NCBI RefSeq assembly: GCF_030028105.1
Contig: NC_092382.1
Coordinates: 102,021,300 to 102,085,299 of the forward strand
Source: Mobula birostris
Taxonomy: Eukaryota
Reading direction: 5' to 3'
DNA length: 64,000 bases
Shown: positions 49,601-61,227 of the stretch, piece after piece
Layout of the letters: each line of letters begins with the position of its first letter
Position numbering within the stretch: the first letter of the stretch is position 1
Translations under genes and position numbers: made by a program
Notes under the pieces: generated by a model
What the model was told of the DNA's origin: nothing
The model's database searches: none
Seen by the model: the letters and a program-made list of their open reading frames with translations, nothing else

Positions 49601-52600
49601 CCATGGATTCAGACATTGGGTGACGCTCTGTGGGCACTGTCCCATCACACTATCCCACTGTCAGACATAGAGTGAAGCTGGATCCACACCCTCCCATCTG
49701 AGAGTCCCCGAGTCAGTCCTAGAGCGAAGCTGTAATGTTACGTCTCACAATCCCGTGGTCAGACACAGAGTGAAACCACCTCCACAACGTCCCACCACAC
49801 TCTCCTGGGTTCGGTGATAGAGTGCAACTTCCTCCGCGCAGCCCCATCACACGATCACCGAGTCAGACACTGAGTGAATCTCCCTATATACCATCTCTTC
49901 ACACACTCCCTATGTTAAGCACAGAGTGACGTTTCCTCTCTCTGTGCCTGCACCGTCATGAGGAGCGTGTTAAAGAGTGGATGATGCCTCACCTCTTCTG
50001 CTGGTCAACAATTCACAGATTTGAGCTTTGGTTTCGTTGACAGATCTGTATTTCGTTTCCATGTCAGTGAACTGGTGACGGAGATCAGTGTGCGTTCGGC
50101 TAAGATCGATCAGATCAGAGTTGAGCGTAGATAGATTCTTTAGACAGGTTCTCTGGGAGAGATTCAGGTGGGAAATTAATTCACGATAGTTTCGGTCGGA
50201 GGTGATCATAGACTGACGAATCTGTGATACTGAGAGAGAAGGTGAAAGATATTTATCGTTTACAGTGACACGTGAGTCAGCGTCACGCTACCGAATGGGT
50301 CACAGAGAGTGATGTGTCAGTGTCACGGTGAAGGGTGTCACAGTGATGGATGTGCTGGTGGCACAGTGAGAGAAGTCGGCGCCACCTTGCGGTGCGTGTC
50401 TGTGCCGCGCTGAGCGGTAAATAAATTTCCCGGTGAAGGTGTTATTGTTACAACGGGGTCCGCGTCGGTATCGTACGGGGCATGTTCGTGTTGCTGTGAG
50501 GTACGAGCCTGTGTCACTGTGATAGGTGTTTTTGTGCCCCGGCGAGAGTTGTGCCGGGTTACCGTGTCTCGATGTCACTGCGAGGGAAATGTCAGAGTGA
50601 GCGACCTGGTGTTGTCACGCTGGGTGGAGTATCTGTGTCATGGTGTTGGGTCTGCCGATCTCACAGAGAGGGGTGTGTCCGTGTCGACCTTGGAGACATG
50701 TCATGGCCACGGTCGGTGTGACAGTGTCTCGCTGAGGTGTGTCGATGTCACCAAGACTACTAGGTCGGGGACGCTGTGAAATTAAGTGTCGGTATCACGG
50801 TGAGTGGTTTGCCTGTGTCACGGTGAGGTGCCTCAGTGAGCGGTGCGTCGGAGTTATTTTGAGGGCCGACACCGTATCGGTAATGGGTGTTGCAGTTGGT
50901 GTGAGTCTTTGTCACGATACCGAGCTGGACGGATCTCGTTGAGGAGCGTGTAGGTGTCTTGGTGTGCGGTGCCTAACTGTCACGGTGAAGGACGTGTCGG
51001 TCTCACTGTGAGGTGAGTTTCGGTGTCGCCTAAGGGGAGTGTAACAGTTACACTGTCAGGGTCAGGTCGATGTTCCCAGTAAGGGGACCATGTCTGTGTC
51101 ACGATGTGGCTCGTGTCCCTGTCTCGGTTAGGAGTGCAACTGTGTCGAATTGAAGTTCGCGTCCGTGCGACGGTGACAGGATTGTCTGGATGAGTCCTGA
51201 ATGTGTTACGGTAAAGGTCGTGTCTTTGTCACGGTTAGCGGTGTGTCTGTGTTATGGTCAGGAGTTATTGTGTTGTTACGGTAAGGGGCGTGTCTGCGTC
51301 ACTGTAGTGTTTTACAATAACAATTTGTTCCACTCTCTTTATTTGCGGTCTGACTCCACCCGGACCCCGTTCGGCTCACCGTGGATCGAAAGCCCGGCCA
51401 CAATCACGGCAAGGATGCACGTAATGATGCAGAGTAGGTAGATCTTACGGTACGGTCTATTTCCGATGTACTCTTTCGGCTCCTGTTCGTGCGCACCTGT
51501 GGAGAGAGCACAAGACCATAAGATATAGGAGCAGAAGTATGCTATTCGGCCTATTAAGTTTGCCTTTTCCTCATAACGTTTGAAGTTCGTTTCTCAGACA
51601 GAAAGCCCGTCACTAATGGTGTTCACCGGGGTCAAGGGTGGGACCAGTGATCTTTATCAATTATATCGACGATTTGTGGTAGATTATATTGGTCGCGGTT
51701 GGTAAGCCTGCACACAACACTAACGTCGATGCCGAGGTAAACAGTGAAGACAGTTACCGCTTACACTGGGATCTCGATTACCTGGGGAAGGGGGCAGAGC
51801 AGTTGCAAATGTGATTTATTTCTCATAAGTGCGAGCTATCGTATTTCAGAAAGGAAAACAAGGGTACAACGTTCACAGTGTTCGGGAGAAACCCTGGCGT
51901 GTGTTGAATAACAGTGGGACCAAGGGCCCCACGTCCAACGTTCCCAGAGAGTGAAGTTACCGGTAGAGGGGTCGGTGAAGGTGTCTGACGCCCCGGCCTT
52001 CATCAATCAGGGCACGGAGTACAGGATTAAGGGGTCACGTTACAGTTGTACAAGACGTCGGTGAGGCCGCCCTTGCAGTACGGTGTTTAGTTTTGGTCGC
52101 CCTGCTATAGGAAAGATATCAATGAGCTGGACAGATTGCAGAGGGAGATTTACGACGATATTGCCGGGGCTCGAGGGATTCAGTTACGGAGATAAGTCAA
52201 GCAGGTGGGGACTTTATTCCTTGGAGCGCAGGGGTGACCTTACAGGGGTGTATACAAACACGTGGGTACACAGAGAAGGTGAATGCGCACTGTAATTTTC
52301 TTTAATCTTGGGGAACCGTGGACCGGAGCGCACATGTCTGAGATGATAGCAGAAAGAGATTTAAACTGGGACCCGAGTGACGATTTTGTTTTTACCCAGA
52401 CGGCGGTCTGTCTATGGAACGAGCTGCCAGAGGAAGTGATGGATGCCGATGCATTAGGACTTGAATTGTTGGGCGTATGGCACGTGACCACTTCAGAGTG
52501 ACGTCATAACTGTGAACTCTGACCTCCTTGTGCAGTCACTGGCATTTCGGCTGGTGCCGAGGTAATGGGAGGATCTTCATAATCATCGATGAGAATGTCG

Positions 52601-55600
52601 TCTTTCCGAAGGTTCAGCATTGAGTAGATGGATGTGACACCGTCTGGGAAGAAAGAAAGAGAATGTGAGAGACAGAGAAATAGAAGGAGGAGGAATGGTT
52701 ACTTCGAGTGCCAGGATTTAGATGTTTCAGAAAGGACAGGGAGAGAGGCAAAAGAGGTGGGACTGTTGATCAGAGATAGTGTCACTGCTGCAGAAGAGCA
52801 GGAAGACAAGCAGGAATTGCTTATACCAAGGGGCTGGAGACTACCGAGACGGTATATGAGGTGTTGCTCCTCCAAACTTGTCCCTACACCTCATCTCCTG
52901 CAAACATTCAGGGCCCCAAACAGTCTTTCCAGGTGAGACAACACTTCACTTGTGAGTCTGTTGGGGTCGACTATTGGATCCGGTACTCCCGGTGCGACCT
53001 CATCTACATCGGTGAAACCCGACGCAGATTGGGGGATCACTTCGTCGAGCACCTCCACTCCGTCCGCCACAACAGCTATGATCTCCCGGTAGCCACCCAC
53101 TTCAACTCTGCTTCCCACTTCCATTCAGATATGTCCATATATGGCCTCCTCTACCGCTATGATGAAACTAAACTCAGGTTGGAGGAGCAACACCTCATAT
53201 ACCGTCCAGGTAGTCTCCAGCCCCTTGGTATGAACATAGAATTCTCCGACTTCCGGTAATTCCCTCCCCCTCCCTTCCTCTATCCTTATTTCACTCTACC
53301 CCGTCCCCCAGCTCCCTCATGGTTCCGCCTCCTTCTTCTACCACCCATTTATTCAGGGCTATGAAGTCACTGCTTCTCCTCCACCACCACTTTGTCTTTC
53401 AAGTTACTGGTCTTTCAACTGAAGCTACAAGCATTCTTCAAATCCTTCCCCATCTTTCATTCTTCAGTCCTGACGAAGGGTTCCGGTCCGAAACGTCGAC
53501 TCATCGTTTCTGACTGATGCTGCCCGACCTGCTGAGTTCATGCAGCGTACTGAAAGTGTTGCTTCAATATCTCTACAGGGAGTTTTTTTTTTTTTTTTAA
53601 TAGACGGCACGCTCTAAGATTGAATGGTTCAGATGGGAGAGAGTTCAGTAGGTGTGCTTGAAATGATTTCTTTTAGAGTTCCTCAAAGAACTCTAAAGGC
53701 TTGATAGACATGACTTGCCGTTAACAAAACCATGTTGACTGTCCCTGATCAGACCATGATTTTCTAAACGCCCAGAGATCCAATCTCTTAGAATCTTTTC
53801 CAAGACAGACGGAAAGCTCACTGGACTATAATTACCCGGACTGTCCCTACTAACTTTTTTGAACAACGGGTAAACATTCGCCTCCCTCCAATCCTCAGGT
53901 ACCATTCACGTGGACACGAGGACATAAAGGTCCTCGCTCTGCCTAGGAAGGCAGTGGAGGCGAATTCTCTGGATTATTTCAAGAAAGATTTAGATCGAGC
54001 TCTTAAAGGTAGCAGAGTCAAGGGATATGGGGAGAAGACAGGAAAAGGGTACTGATTGTGGGTGATCAGCCATGATCACAGTGAATAGCAGTGCTGACTC
54101 GAAGGGATGAATGGCCGACTCCTGTACCTATTGTCTATTGTGTGTTAACCCACCCATCTACATTTGTATTCAGATCATTGTATATATCTCAAAGAGGAGA
54201 TGTCCCAGTGGAATGTCATAGATACAGATCACATCATAGGAGTAAAAGAGGTAAAAGAGTAACAGAGCGCAGAGTAAACTGTCACAGTTACAGAGAAAGT
54301 ACAGTGCAGGCAGACATTAATATTCAAGGGGATACGACGTAGCAGACGGCGATGTCTAGAGTGCATTACCGTCATCGGGGACCACTGTATAGTCTGATAA
54401 AAGCGGGCACAAACTGCCTTTGTGCCTGGCCAGGCTTGTTTACGTATCTTCGCCCGATGTGGGAGAGTATGGGTTGGGCGGGGGTCTCGTAAGAACATTA
54501 TCCTGGGTGGGTCGGAGTCTTTATTACGGAGGCTGCTTCAGCGATGCAGCGGGATGTGTGGATGAAGGCCTTGGAGGTGAGGCAGCCTGATCTGCGCGAT
54601 TCAAGCTGACTGAGAACAAAGTGCATGAAATGACAGATTGTCACTTCCTGGGAAGAGGACAATCAATGGAGCAGAGCCAATTAAAACGTGTTAAATGTCA
54701 GGAGCCGAGTAACAAACTTTTGTTACCCCGATGGCGGTCAGTCAGTGGTACAAGCTGCCAGAGGTAGTGGCCGAGGCAGATGCATTAGAAACTTGGACAC
54801 TTGTGAGTATGACACGTGACCTCTTCAGTGTCGGTACTGTGAACTCTGACCTGTTCGTGCAGTGACTCGCAGCTCGCCGGAACTCGAGGCAATGGGAGGA
54901 ACCTCATCCTCATCGATGAGGTGTTCGTCTTTCCCAATGTTCAGCTCGGAGTAGGTGGAGGTCAGACGGTCTGGGGAAGAAAGAGGAGAGAATGAGAGAG
55001 GGAAATTTAGAAGGAGGACAGACCAGTAAAGCATGGTGGAGGAGTGAGGTCCTAGAAACGGAGCAGCGATGCGGGAAGATAGAGTGCGGAAAGAGAGGGC
55101 TGAGTGTAAATATTGAAGATGAGAGAGAGGTGCAAGTGAGGGGAAAGAGCCGAGGAGAAAGAGCAGGAGAGTGAGGATGAAAAGGATGAATGGACTGGGC
55201 AGAGAGGAGTGAGCTATTTGAGCGATGGGTGAGAAGATGGGAGTGAATGGGGGAGAGAGAACGGTGACGGAAAGGGGAAAGACAGAGAGAGGGAGGGAGA
55301 AAAGGGAGAGAGATTATGCGTAGGGGAGAGGCAGGGGTGAGAACATCAGCGAAGGAGAAGGTGAGAGAGGGGGACTGAGGGAGGGGAAACTTGGGAGGCT
55401 CAAGGGTGCAAAATAAAGGGAGAGAGACAGAAGGGGAGACAGGTTAAATGGAGAGGGTAAAGAGAGAGGGGAGAGCGTGGGGGAGAGAGGGACGAGGTGA
55501 ATACAGAGAGTGAGAAGGTGTGGAGGGGGCAGTTGCTCGGAAAATTGGGTCACAGCGAGAGGGTGTGAACGGGGAGATAGACTGAGACAGGAGGGAGAAA

Positions 55601-56952
55601 AAGTGGCGGGGCGAAGTGAGCGGAGTGAGGGAAAGAGTGCGCGAGAAGAACGAGGACGGTGGAGAAGGACAATATGAAAGAGAGTGTGGGAAAGGGGAGA
55701 ATGGGGAAAGAGAGTTAGATAGAGGGGAAATGGCAACGGAGAGAGCGGGAGGCGTAGAAGGGTAGAAACAGTGATAAGGGTAGGGAAAGGGGAGAGAATG
55801 AAGGTAAGAGAAAGAATTAGTGGGCCAGAGAAGAAGAAAAGGTGAGAGAGGATTAGCGTGTGAGAGATAGGGGGGAGAAAGAAGGAGGCAGGGGAGAGAG
55901 AGTAGAAAGGATGAGAGAGTAGGGTTAGAACGCGGAGAGTATTGTTCACATTTTATAGAGTTCCCCTTCCTCGCTGCCTCTTTCTACTCTCCTCCCTCCT
56001 CGCCACTCCTCCCAAGGGGTTTCCTCCTTATTGGCCATGCCACAGCACTCCCTGCTGTCGCACCACGCCCCCCCCCCACCACACAGAGCCCCCTCCTCAG
56101 TGCCCCCCAATTTAACCCCCTCACACGGTTCTCCCACCACCCCACAAATCCCGTGGCGTTCTCTGCACCAATCCCACCCAGAGCAATCTTCTCATCACTT
56201 TCCACAGCCCTCCGTCTCTACCGTCCCGCCTCCTGCTCTGCCTTACCCCGTCCCTTCCCAGAGCGCTCCCCCCTCACCGACCATCCCACAGAGCTCGTAT
56301 CTCATCGCGTCTCCCACGCATTGCCTCGGAATCATTCTCAAACAGGGAATCATTAGTGTCAACTGCACCCGTGCCACGAGATTTCTCGACAGGAATGGAC
56401 ACATCGGCTGAACAGAGTCAAAACAACAAAGTGAAACTGACCTGCATCTGTCCGGGGAACGGAGAGGCCCCTGATATCCGGTTTCGCGTACGATACATCA
56501 GGTTCAGCTGGGAAAAGAACAGTGAGAGTCAGAAACAGGGTGAGGCTCCCGTCCCACGCTCCTATCACAAACTCCCGTGGTCAGACACAGAGTCAGGCTT
56601 CCTCCACCCCGTTCCATTCCCCACTCCCGCGGTCAGCAACAGAGTGAATCTCCCTCCACACCATCCCATCACACAGACACGGGATGAGACACCGAGTGAA
56701 GCTCCCTCCCCACTGTCCCATTACACATTCCCAGAGCCAGAAACAGAGAGTCGCTCCCTCCACCCGTCCCATCACACGCTCCGACTGTCAGACAAAGAGT
56801 GTTGCTCCCTCCACCCCGTCCCATTACACACTCCAGGGGACAGAAAGAGATTGAAACTCCCTCCTTCCCTCACGGCCTCACTCACTTCTCGATGGAAGCC
56901 GTAAGTCCGGTTTGACGAGCTGAACATTCGCATAAGTCTGGCTGTCTTCCAT
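37480..56952 (-). CDS. Gene B: intact type II TM C-type lectin-like inhibitory receptor, 377 aa, 9 exons
   Basis: Exons 56886-56952, 56442-56507, 54851-54970, 52524-52643, 51380-51496, 49993-50229, 39410-39552, 38713-38777, 37480-37678; all GT/AG; 1134 nt, no internal stop. Confidence 0.9.
38713..38777 (-). CDS. Gene B WIG exon
   Basis: [22 protein letters not shown]. Confidence 0.92.
38860..39370. repeat. 52-bp minisatellite, G-rich on + (gene B intron 6)
   Basis: Degenerate copies. Confidence 0.9.
39410..39552 (-). CDS. Gene B CTLD N-terminal exon
   Basis: [48 protein letters not shown]. Confidence 0.93.
39672..39946 (+). mobile_element. Penelope-like internal fragment
   Basis: ..[28 protein letters not shown], resembling the RT-to-GIY-YIG linker. 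Confidence 0.65.
39947..43320 (+). mobile_element. CR1 LINE (ORF1 end + ORF2), degenerate
   Basis: EN and RT motifs ([30 protein letters not shown]) and 3' tail. Confidence 0.9.
43321..43578 (+). mobile_element. Tc1 right-end fragment
   Basis: Homologous to 25630-25889. Confidence 0.75.
43580..44352. repeat. 52-bp minisatellite, C-rich on + (gene B intron 5)
   Basis: Degenerate copies. Confidence 0.85.
44353..48500 (+). mobile_element. Near full-length CR1 LINE, degenerate
   Basis: ORF1 with Cys finger (YVCRKC) and SGNH esterase (VIGDSIVRG); ORF2 EN-RT ([10 protein letters not shown]); (TTTCTATG)n tail. Confidence 0.92.
48510..49935. repeat. 52-bp minisatellite, C-rich on +, degenerate
   Basis: Continuation of the intron 5 array. 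Confidence 0.85.
49993..50229 (-). CDS. Gene B stalk exon (79 codons)
   Basis: [32 protein letters not shown]...[12 protein letters not shown]. Confidence 0.92.
50265..51310. repeat. Degenerate GTGTCACRGTGA repeat (gene B intron 4)
   Basis: Same family as 6950-7320. Confidence 0.75.
51380..51496 (-). CDS. Gene B transmembrane exon
   Basis: [39 protein letters not shown]. Confidence 0.92.
52524..52643 (-). CDS. Gene B exon 3b (duplicated ITIM exon)
   Basis: [40 protein letters not shown]; 120 nt, phase 1-1, AG/GT. Confidence 0.85.
52820..53565 (+). mobile_element. Penelope-like element 3' part (GIY-YIG endonuclease) with inverted 5' piece
   Basis: [36 protein letters not shown]; 52822-52873 is an inverted copy of ~53180-53232. 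Confidence 0.9.
53466..53501 (+). ncRNA. Minimal type I hammerhead ribozyme motif (Penelope pLTR)
   Basis: AGTC-CTGACGA-AGGGTTCCGGTCC-GAAA-CGTC-GACT; predicted cleavage after 53497. Confidence 0.7.
54851..54970 (-). CDS. Gene B exon 3a (ITIM STYSEL)
   Basis: [40 protein letters not shown]. Confidence 0.9.
56442..56507 (-). CDS. Gene B exon 2
   Basis: [22 protein letters not shown]. Confidence 0.9.
56886..56952 (-). CDS. Gene B exon 1 coding part
   Basis: [22 protein letters not shown]; good Kozak context (AGCATGG); GTGAGT donor. Confidence 0.88.
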
Positions 56953-57049
56953 GCTGTCTCGGATTCCGTGCGTCTCTGAACTCAGCGAGGGGATGTATCC
57001 GATATCAGAGGCAGCCCCTGTTGACAGCGGAGTCAGACCGACAGGAACG

Positions 57050-57105
57050 AACACCAGATGAGCAGCTGATAAAGAGAGGAGCCGAGAGCAGGGGAGGAAG
57101 TGCTG
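57050..57105 (-). promoter_or_regulatory. Gene B proximal promoter: E-boxes, GATA, ETS(PU.1)
   Basis: CAGATG 57055-60, CAGCTG 57063-68, TGATAA 57067-72, GAGGAAGTG 57094-102. Confidence 0.55.
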
Positions 57106-58634
57106 GGGAAGAGGGAGATTGAGGGTGTGAGAGGCGGTGGTCTGGAGCGATGAGAGTGGCAGGGGGAAGAGTAGTGAGAATGGGGAGGTACACAGGGAGG
57201 GCAGAGTAAGGGGAGGTTAGGGCTTTGCGGAAAGAGAGACGTGGGATACAGGGGTCAGAAAGGGATGGCGGAATGAAAGAAGGGGAGGGCGAGAAGTGGG
57301 AGAGAATGGGGAGAGAATTTAAAGTAGCGAGTGAGTAAACAGAGGGCGAGCTAAAGGGGGAAAGCAGGAGAAAGAGAAACGAACAGGGAGGGGCGGAGGA
57401 AGAGGGTGGAGAGATGCAGGGAAGGGGCGATTGTAGGGGAAGGAATATGGAAGTTGGAAGGATATAGGAAGAGAAGAAAGGAGAGAGAAAACAATGGAAG
57501 AAGGGGAAGAGTGGGGGATGACGAGTGAAGAGGGAGGGAGAGACAGAGCGATATGTTGTCTCTCACGCAGAGCCTTTATTGTCGGAGAGATTTACAACGA
57601 ACACCAGCCCCCTCTCCCGCTAACCCCAACCTCCAGGTGATTCCTGGTTTGAGTGTCAGCGCTCCCATTGCTCTGCTTATCGCCGGGGCTTCAGATCGTC
57701 TGTGCTCTGGAAACCACGGCCCCGGGGCAAACCAGCAACACCCACCGAAGTTAGCAAGCGCCACACCTCCCCCCCCACCCCGAGGATACGTCAGAGCAAT
57801 AGATTGCCATTTTAGATTGTGTAACACTTATGAAAGAAAGCGGACATTTAGATCTTGAAGGTCACAGGAAACCAGCGCAGGCTGATCGGTATCTGCGGTT
57901 TGAATCTCTTCACCCATTGGAAGATAAGCCGGGGGTTGTCAGTGTCAGTGTTTCAGAGAAGTATTGAAAGCTTGCTGCTGCACTGACTGAGCTATATTCG
58001 CAGCAAGAAATAAAAATAGCAGGGACTTCAGCCCAACAGACGCAGTTCAGGAGCTCTCTCAAAAACCCTCCATCACCTCCTGTCAATCATGTTCTCCCTC
58101 TGCGTCCCTCACTCTTCCCTCACTATCTTACTATTTCTCTCCCTTGACTGCCTCCAACCTGCTTCAATTTCGCTCCTTTCTTCAGCTCTCCCATTTTCCT
58201 CTTACCCCTCTCCCTCCTGTGCCTTTCTATCTCAGTGCCCTCCTCATGAAGCTTTCTCTTTTTTCTCCCCACGCTTTCTACCCGACAAGAGAGATTCTAC
58301 GTACCTTGTTCCTATTTTCCAGAGCAGGCGATGTGGCGAAGCAGCATTTTTCACACCCAGATTCAAAGCGTCTGGAAATAAATTCAAAAGTGGAAGAGTC
58401 CTTTGTCAGATACACAGAAGATATATCCACACCGGACTGAATATCCATCCACACTGTTCCATCCCACACTCCCGTGATCAAACGCAGAGTGAAACTCCCT
58501 CCACACCGTCCCAGCACACACGCCCGGGGTCAGACGCATGGTGAAGCCCCCTCCACACCTTTGGTGTCAGATCTGCTGTCTTTCACGCGATATCGATCTC
58601 TCAGTTCTGAGCTTGCCTGTGTCTCTGTGTGCAC

Positions 58635-58803
58635 AGGATTATCGTGTGGTTTCACATCACTTCCTGCCAGTGCTGCAAACTCACCACCTATTCACAGCCC
58701 TACGTCTCCTCCCGCTCCCTCCTCAGTTCTACATTTGATCACAAACACAGATTATCTCTGAGACAGGCTCACAATTAGAGACTACAGGAACGCTGAAGTG
58801 ATG
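58635..58803 (+). promoter_or_regulatory. Putative distal promoter (GATA-RUNX-ETS) + non-coding exon
   Basis: TTATC 58639-43, TGTGGTTT 58645-52, CACTTCCTG 58658-66, Inr-like TCAGTTC 58723-29, GTGAGT donor at 58804; homologous to 26466-26700. Confidence 0.55.
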
Positions 58804-58904
58804 GTGAGTGCTGAGGTGGGAGAGAGGGAGTAAAGAGGGAGATACGTTCTGTTTCCGAATCTGTTGGTGTATAATGGGACTGTGAGGAGGGAGCTTCACT
58901 CTGT

Positions 58905-59037
58905 AACACTCACAACACGCTGGAGGAGCTCAGCAATTCGGGCAGCATCCGTGGAACGATCAATCAACGTTTCGGGCCGGAACTCTTCCACGGGTACTGC
59001 CCGACATGTCGAGTTCCTCCAGCGTGTTGTGAATGTT
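58905..59037. mobile_element. Fold-back mini-element made of two inverted Penelope-type ends
   Basis: CACAACACGCTGGAGGA..CGGGCAG pairs with CTGCCCG..TCCTCCAGCGTGTTGTG; partial hammerhead (CCCGAAACGTT) on minus strand. Confidence 0.6.
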
Positions 59038-59074
59038 GTTTTCACCGCAGCATTGACAGATTATTTTGTGTTTA

Positions 59075-59480
59075 AACTTCACGCTGTGTTTGACCCCAGG
59101 TGTTTGTGATAAGACGGTGCGCGGGAGTTTCTCTCTGTTTCGGACTCTGTGGAGTCTGTGACCGGACGGTGTAGAGAGAGTTTCACTCTGTGTCTGACCC
59201 CGGGAGTGTGTGATGGGACGGTGTGGAGGGAGATTCACTCTGTGTCTGACCCCGGGAGTGTGTGATGGAACGGTGTGGAGGGAGATTCACTCTGTGTCTG
59301 ACCCCGGGAGTGTGTGATCGGACGGTGTGGAGGGAGATTCACTCTGTGTCTGACTCCGTGTGTGCGATGCGACGGTGTGGAGGGAACTTCACTCCCTGTC
59401 TGATCCTGACGACTGTGAGATGCGACGGTCTGGAGGAAGTTGTACTTGTGTCTGACTCCGGGAGTGGTTGTTCGGACAGT
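59075..59480. repeat. 52-bp minisatellite, G-rich on +
   Basis: About 8 copies, followed by (CT)n(CA)n at 59494-59537. Confidence 0.9.
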
Positions 59481-59487
59481 GCCGAGA

Positions 59488-59537
<50 letters not shown>

Positions 59538-60784
59538 TTTCAGTGTGTCACTGTTCTGGAGAGCTGGAGAGAGGAGCGAAATTGAAGCAGGTTAGAGGCA
59601 TTGATGGGAAAGAAATAGGGAGATAGTGAGGGGAGAGTCAGGGACGCAGAGAGAGAAAATAATTGACAGAAGCTGATGGAGGATTTTGAGAGAGCTCCTG
59701 AACTCTGTCTGTTGGGCTGACGTCCCTGCTATTTTTATTTCTTGCTGTGTATATAGCTCAGTCAGTGCAGCAGCAAGCTTTCAATACTTCTCTGAAACAC
59801 AGACACTGACAACCCCCGGCTTATCTTCCAATGGGTGAAGAGATTCAAACCACAGATACCGATCAGCCTGCGCTCTTTTCCTGTGACCTTCAATATCTCA
59901 ATCTATGATTTCTTTCATAAGTGTTACACAATCTAAAATGGCAATCTACTGCTCTGACGTCTTCTCGGAGGGAGGGGCTCGCTTACTTCGGTGGGTGTTG
60001 CGTGTTTGTCCCGGGGCCGTGGTTTCTAGATCAGAGAGGGTCTGAAGCCCCGGCGATAAGCAAAGCAATGGGAGCGCTGACGCTCAAACCAGGAATCACC
60101 TGGAGGTTGGAGTTAGCGGGAGAGGGGGCTGGTGTTCGTTGTAAATCTCTCCGACAATAAAAGCTCTGCGTGAGAGACACCATACCCGTCCGTCTCTCCC
60201 TCCCTCTTCACTCGTCATCCTCCACTCTTCCCCTTCTTCCATTCTTTTCTCTCTTCTTTCTTCTCTTCCTATATCCTTCCACATTCCATATTCCTTCCCC
60301 CACAATCGCCCCTTCCCTGCATCGCTCTTCCCTCTCTTCCTCCGCCCCTCCCTGTTCGTTTCTCTTTCTCCTGCTTTCCCCCTTTAGCTCGCCCTCTGTT
60401 CACTCACTCGCTACTCTAAATTCTCTCCCCACATCTCCCACTTCTCGCCCTCCTCTTCTTTCATTCCGCCATCCCTTTCTGACCCCTGTATCCCACGTCT
60501 CTCTTTCCGCCAAGCCCTAACCTCCCCTCACTCTCCCCTCCCTGAGCATCTCCCCACTCTCACTACTCTTCCCCCTGCCACTCTCATCGCTCCAGACCAC
60601 CGCCTCTCACACCCTCAATCTCCCTCTTCCCAGGCACTTCCTCCCCTGCTCTCGGCTGCTCTTTTTATCAGCTGCTCATCCGTTGTTTGTTTCTGTCGGC
60701 CTGACTCCGCGGGGAACAGGGGCTTCCTCTGACAACGATCACATCCCCTCGCTGAGTTGAGAGACGCAAAGAATCCGAGACAGC

Positions 60785-60851
60785 ATGGAAGACAGGCAGA
60801 CTTATGCGAATGTTCAGCTCGTCAAACCGGACTTACGGTTTCCATCGAGAA
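60785..60851 (+). CDS. Gene D exon 1 (inverted paralog of gene B)
   Basis: [22 protein letters not shown]; GTGAGT donor. Confidence 0.85.
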
Positions 60852-61227
60852 GTGAGTGAGGCCGTGACGGAAGGAGGGAGTTTCAATCTATTCTGTCCCC
60901 TGGAGTGTGTAATGGGACGGGGTGGAGGGAGCAACACTCTTTGTCTGACAGTCGGAGCGTGTGATTGGACGGGTGGAGGGAGCGACTCTCTGTTTCTGGC
61001 TCTGGGAATGTGTAATGGGACAGTGGGGAGGGAGCTTCACTCTGTGTCTCATCCCGTGTCTGTGTGTTGGCATGGTGTGGAGGGAGATTCACTCTGTTGC
61101 TGACTGCGGGAGTGGGGAATGGAACGGGGTGGAGGAAGCTTGACTCTGTGTCTGACCCCGGGAGTTTGTGATAGGAGCCTGGGTCGCGGCGTCACCCTGT
61201 TTCTGACTCTCACTGTTCTTTTCCCAG

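Larger units (their letters stand above)
53735..58190. repeat. Left arm of large inverted duplication (partner 59559-64000)
   Basis: Reverse-complement match throughout; paired coordinates sum to ~117736. Confidence 0.95.

Noticed and set aside
51380-51496. Activating paired receptor
   Set aside because: No Arg, Lys or Asp within the hydrophobic span of either visible TM exon; gene D's TM lies outside the window.
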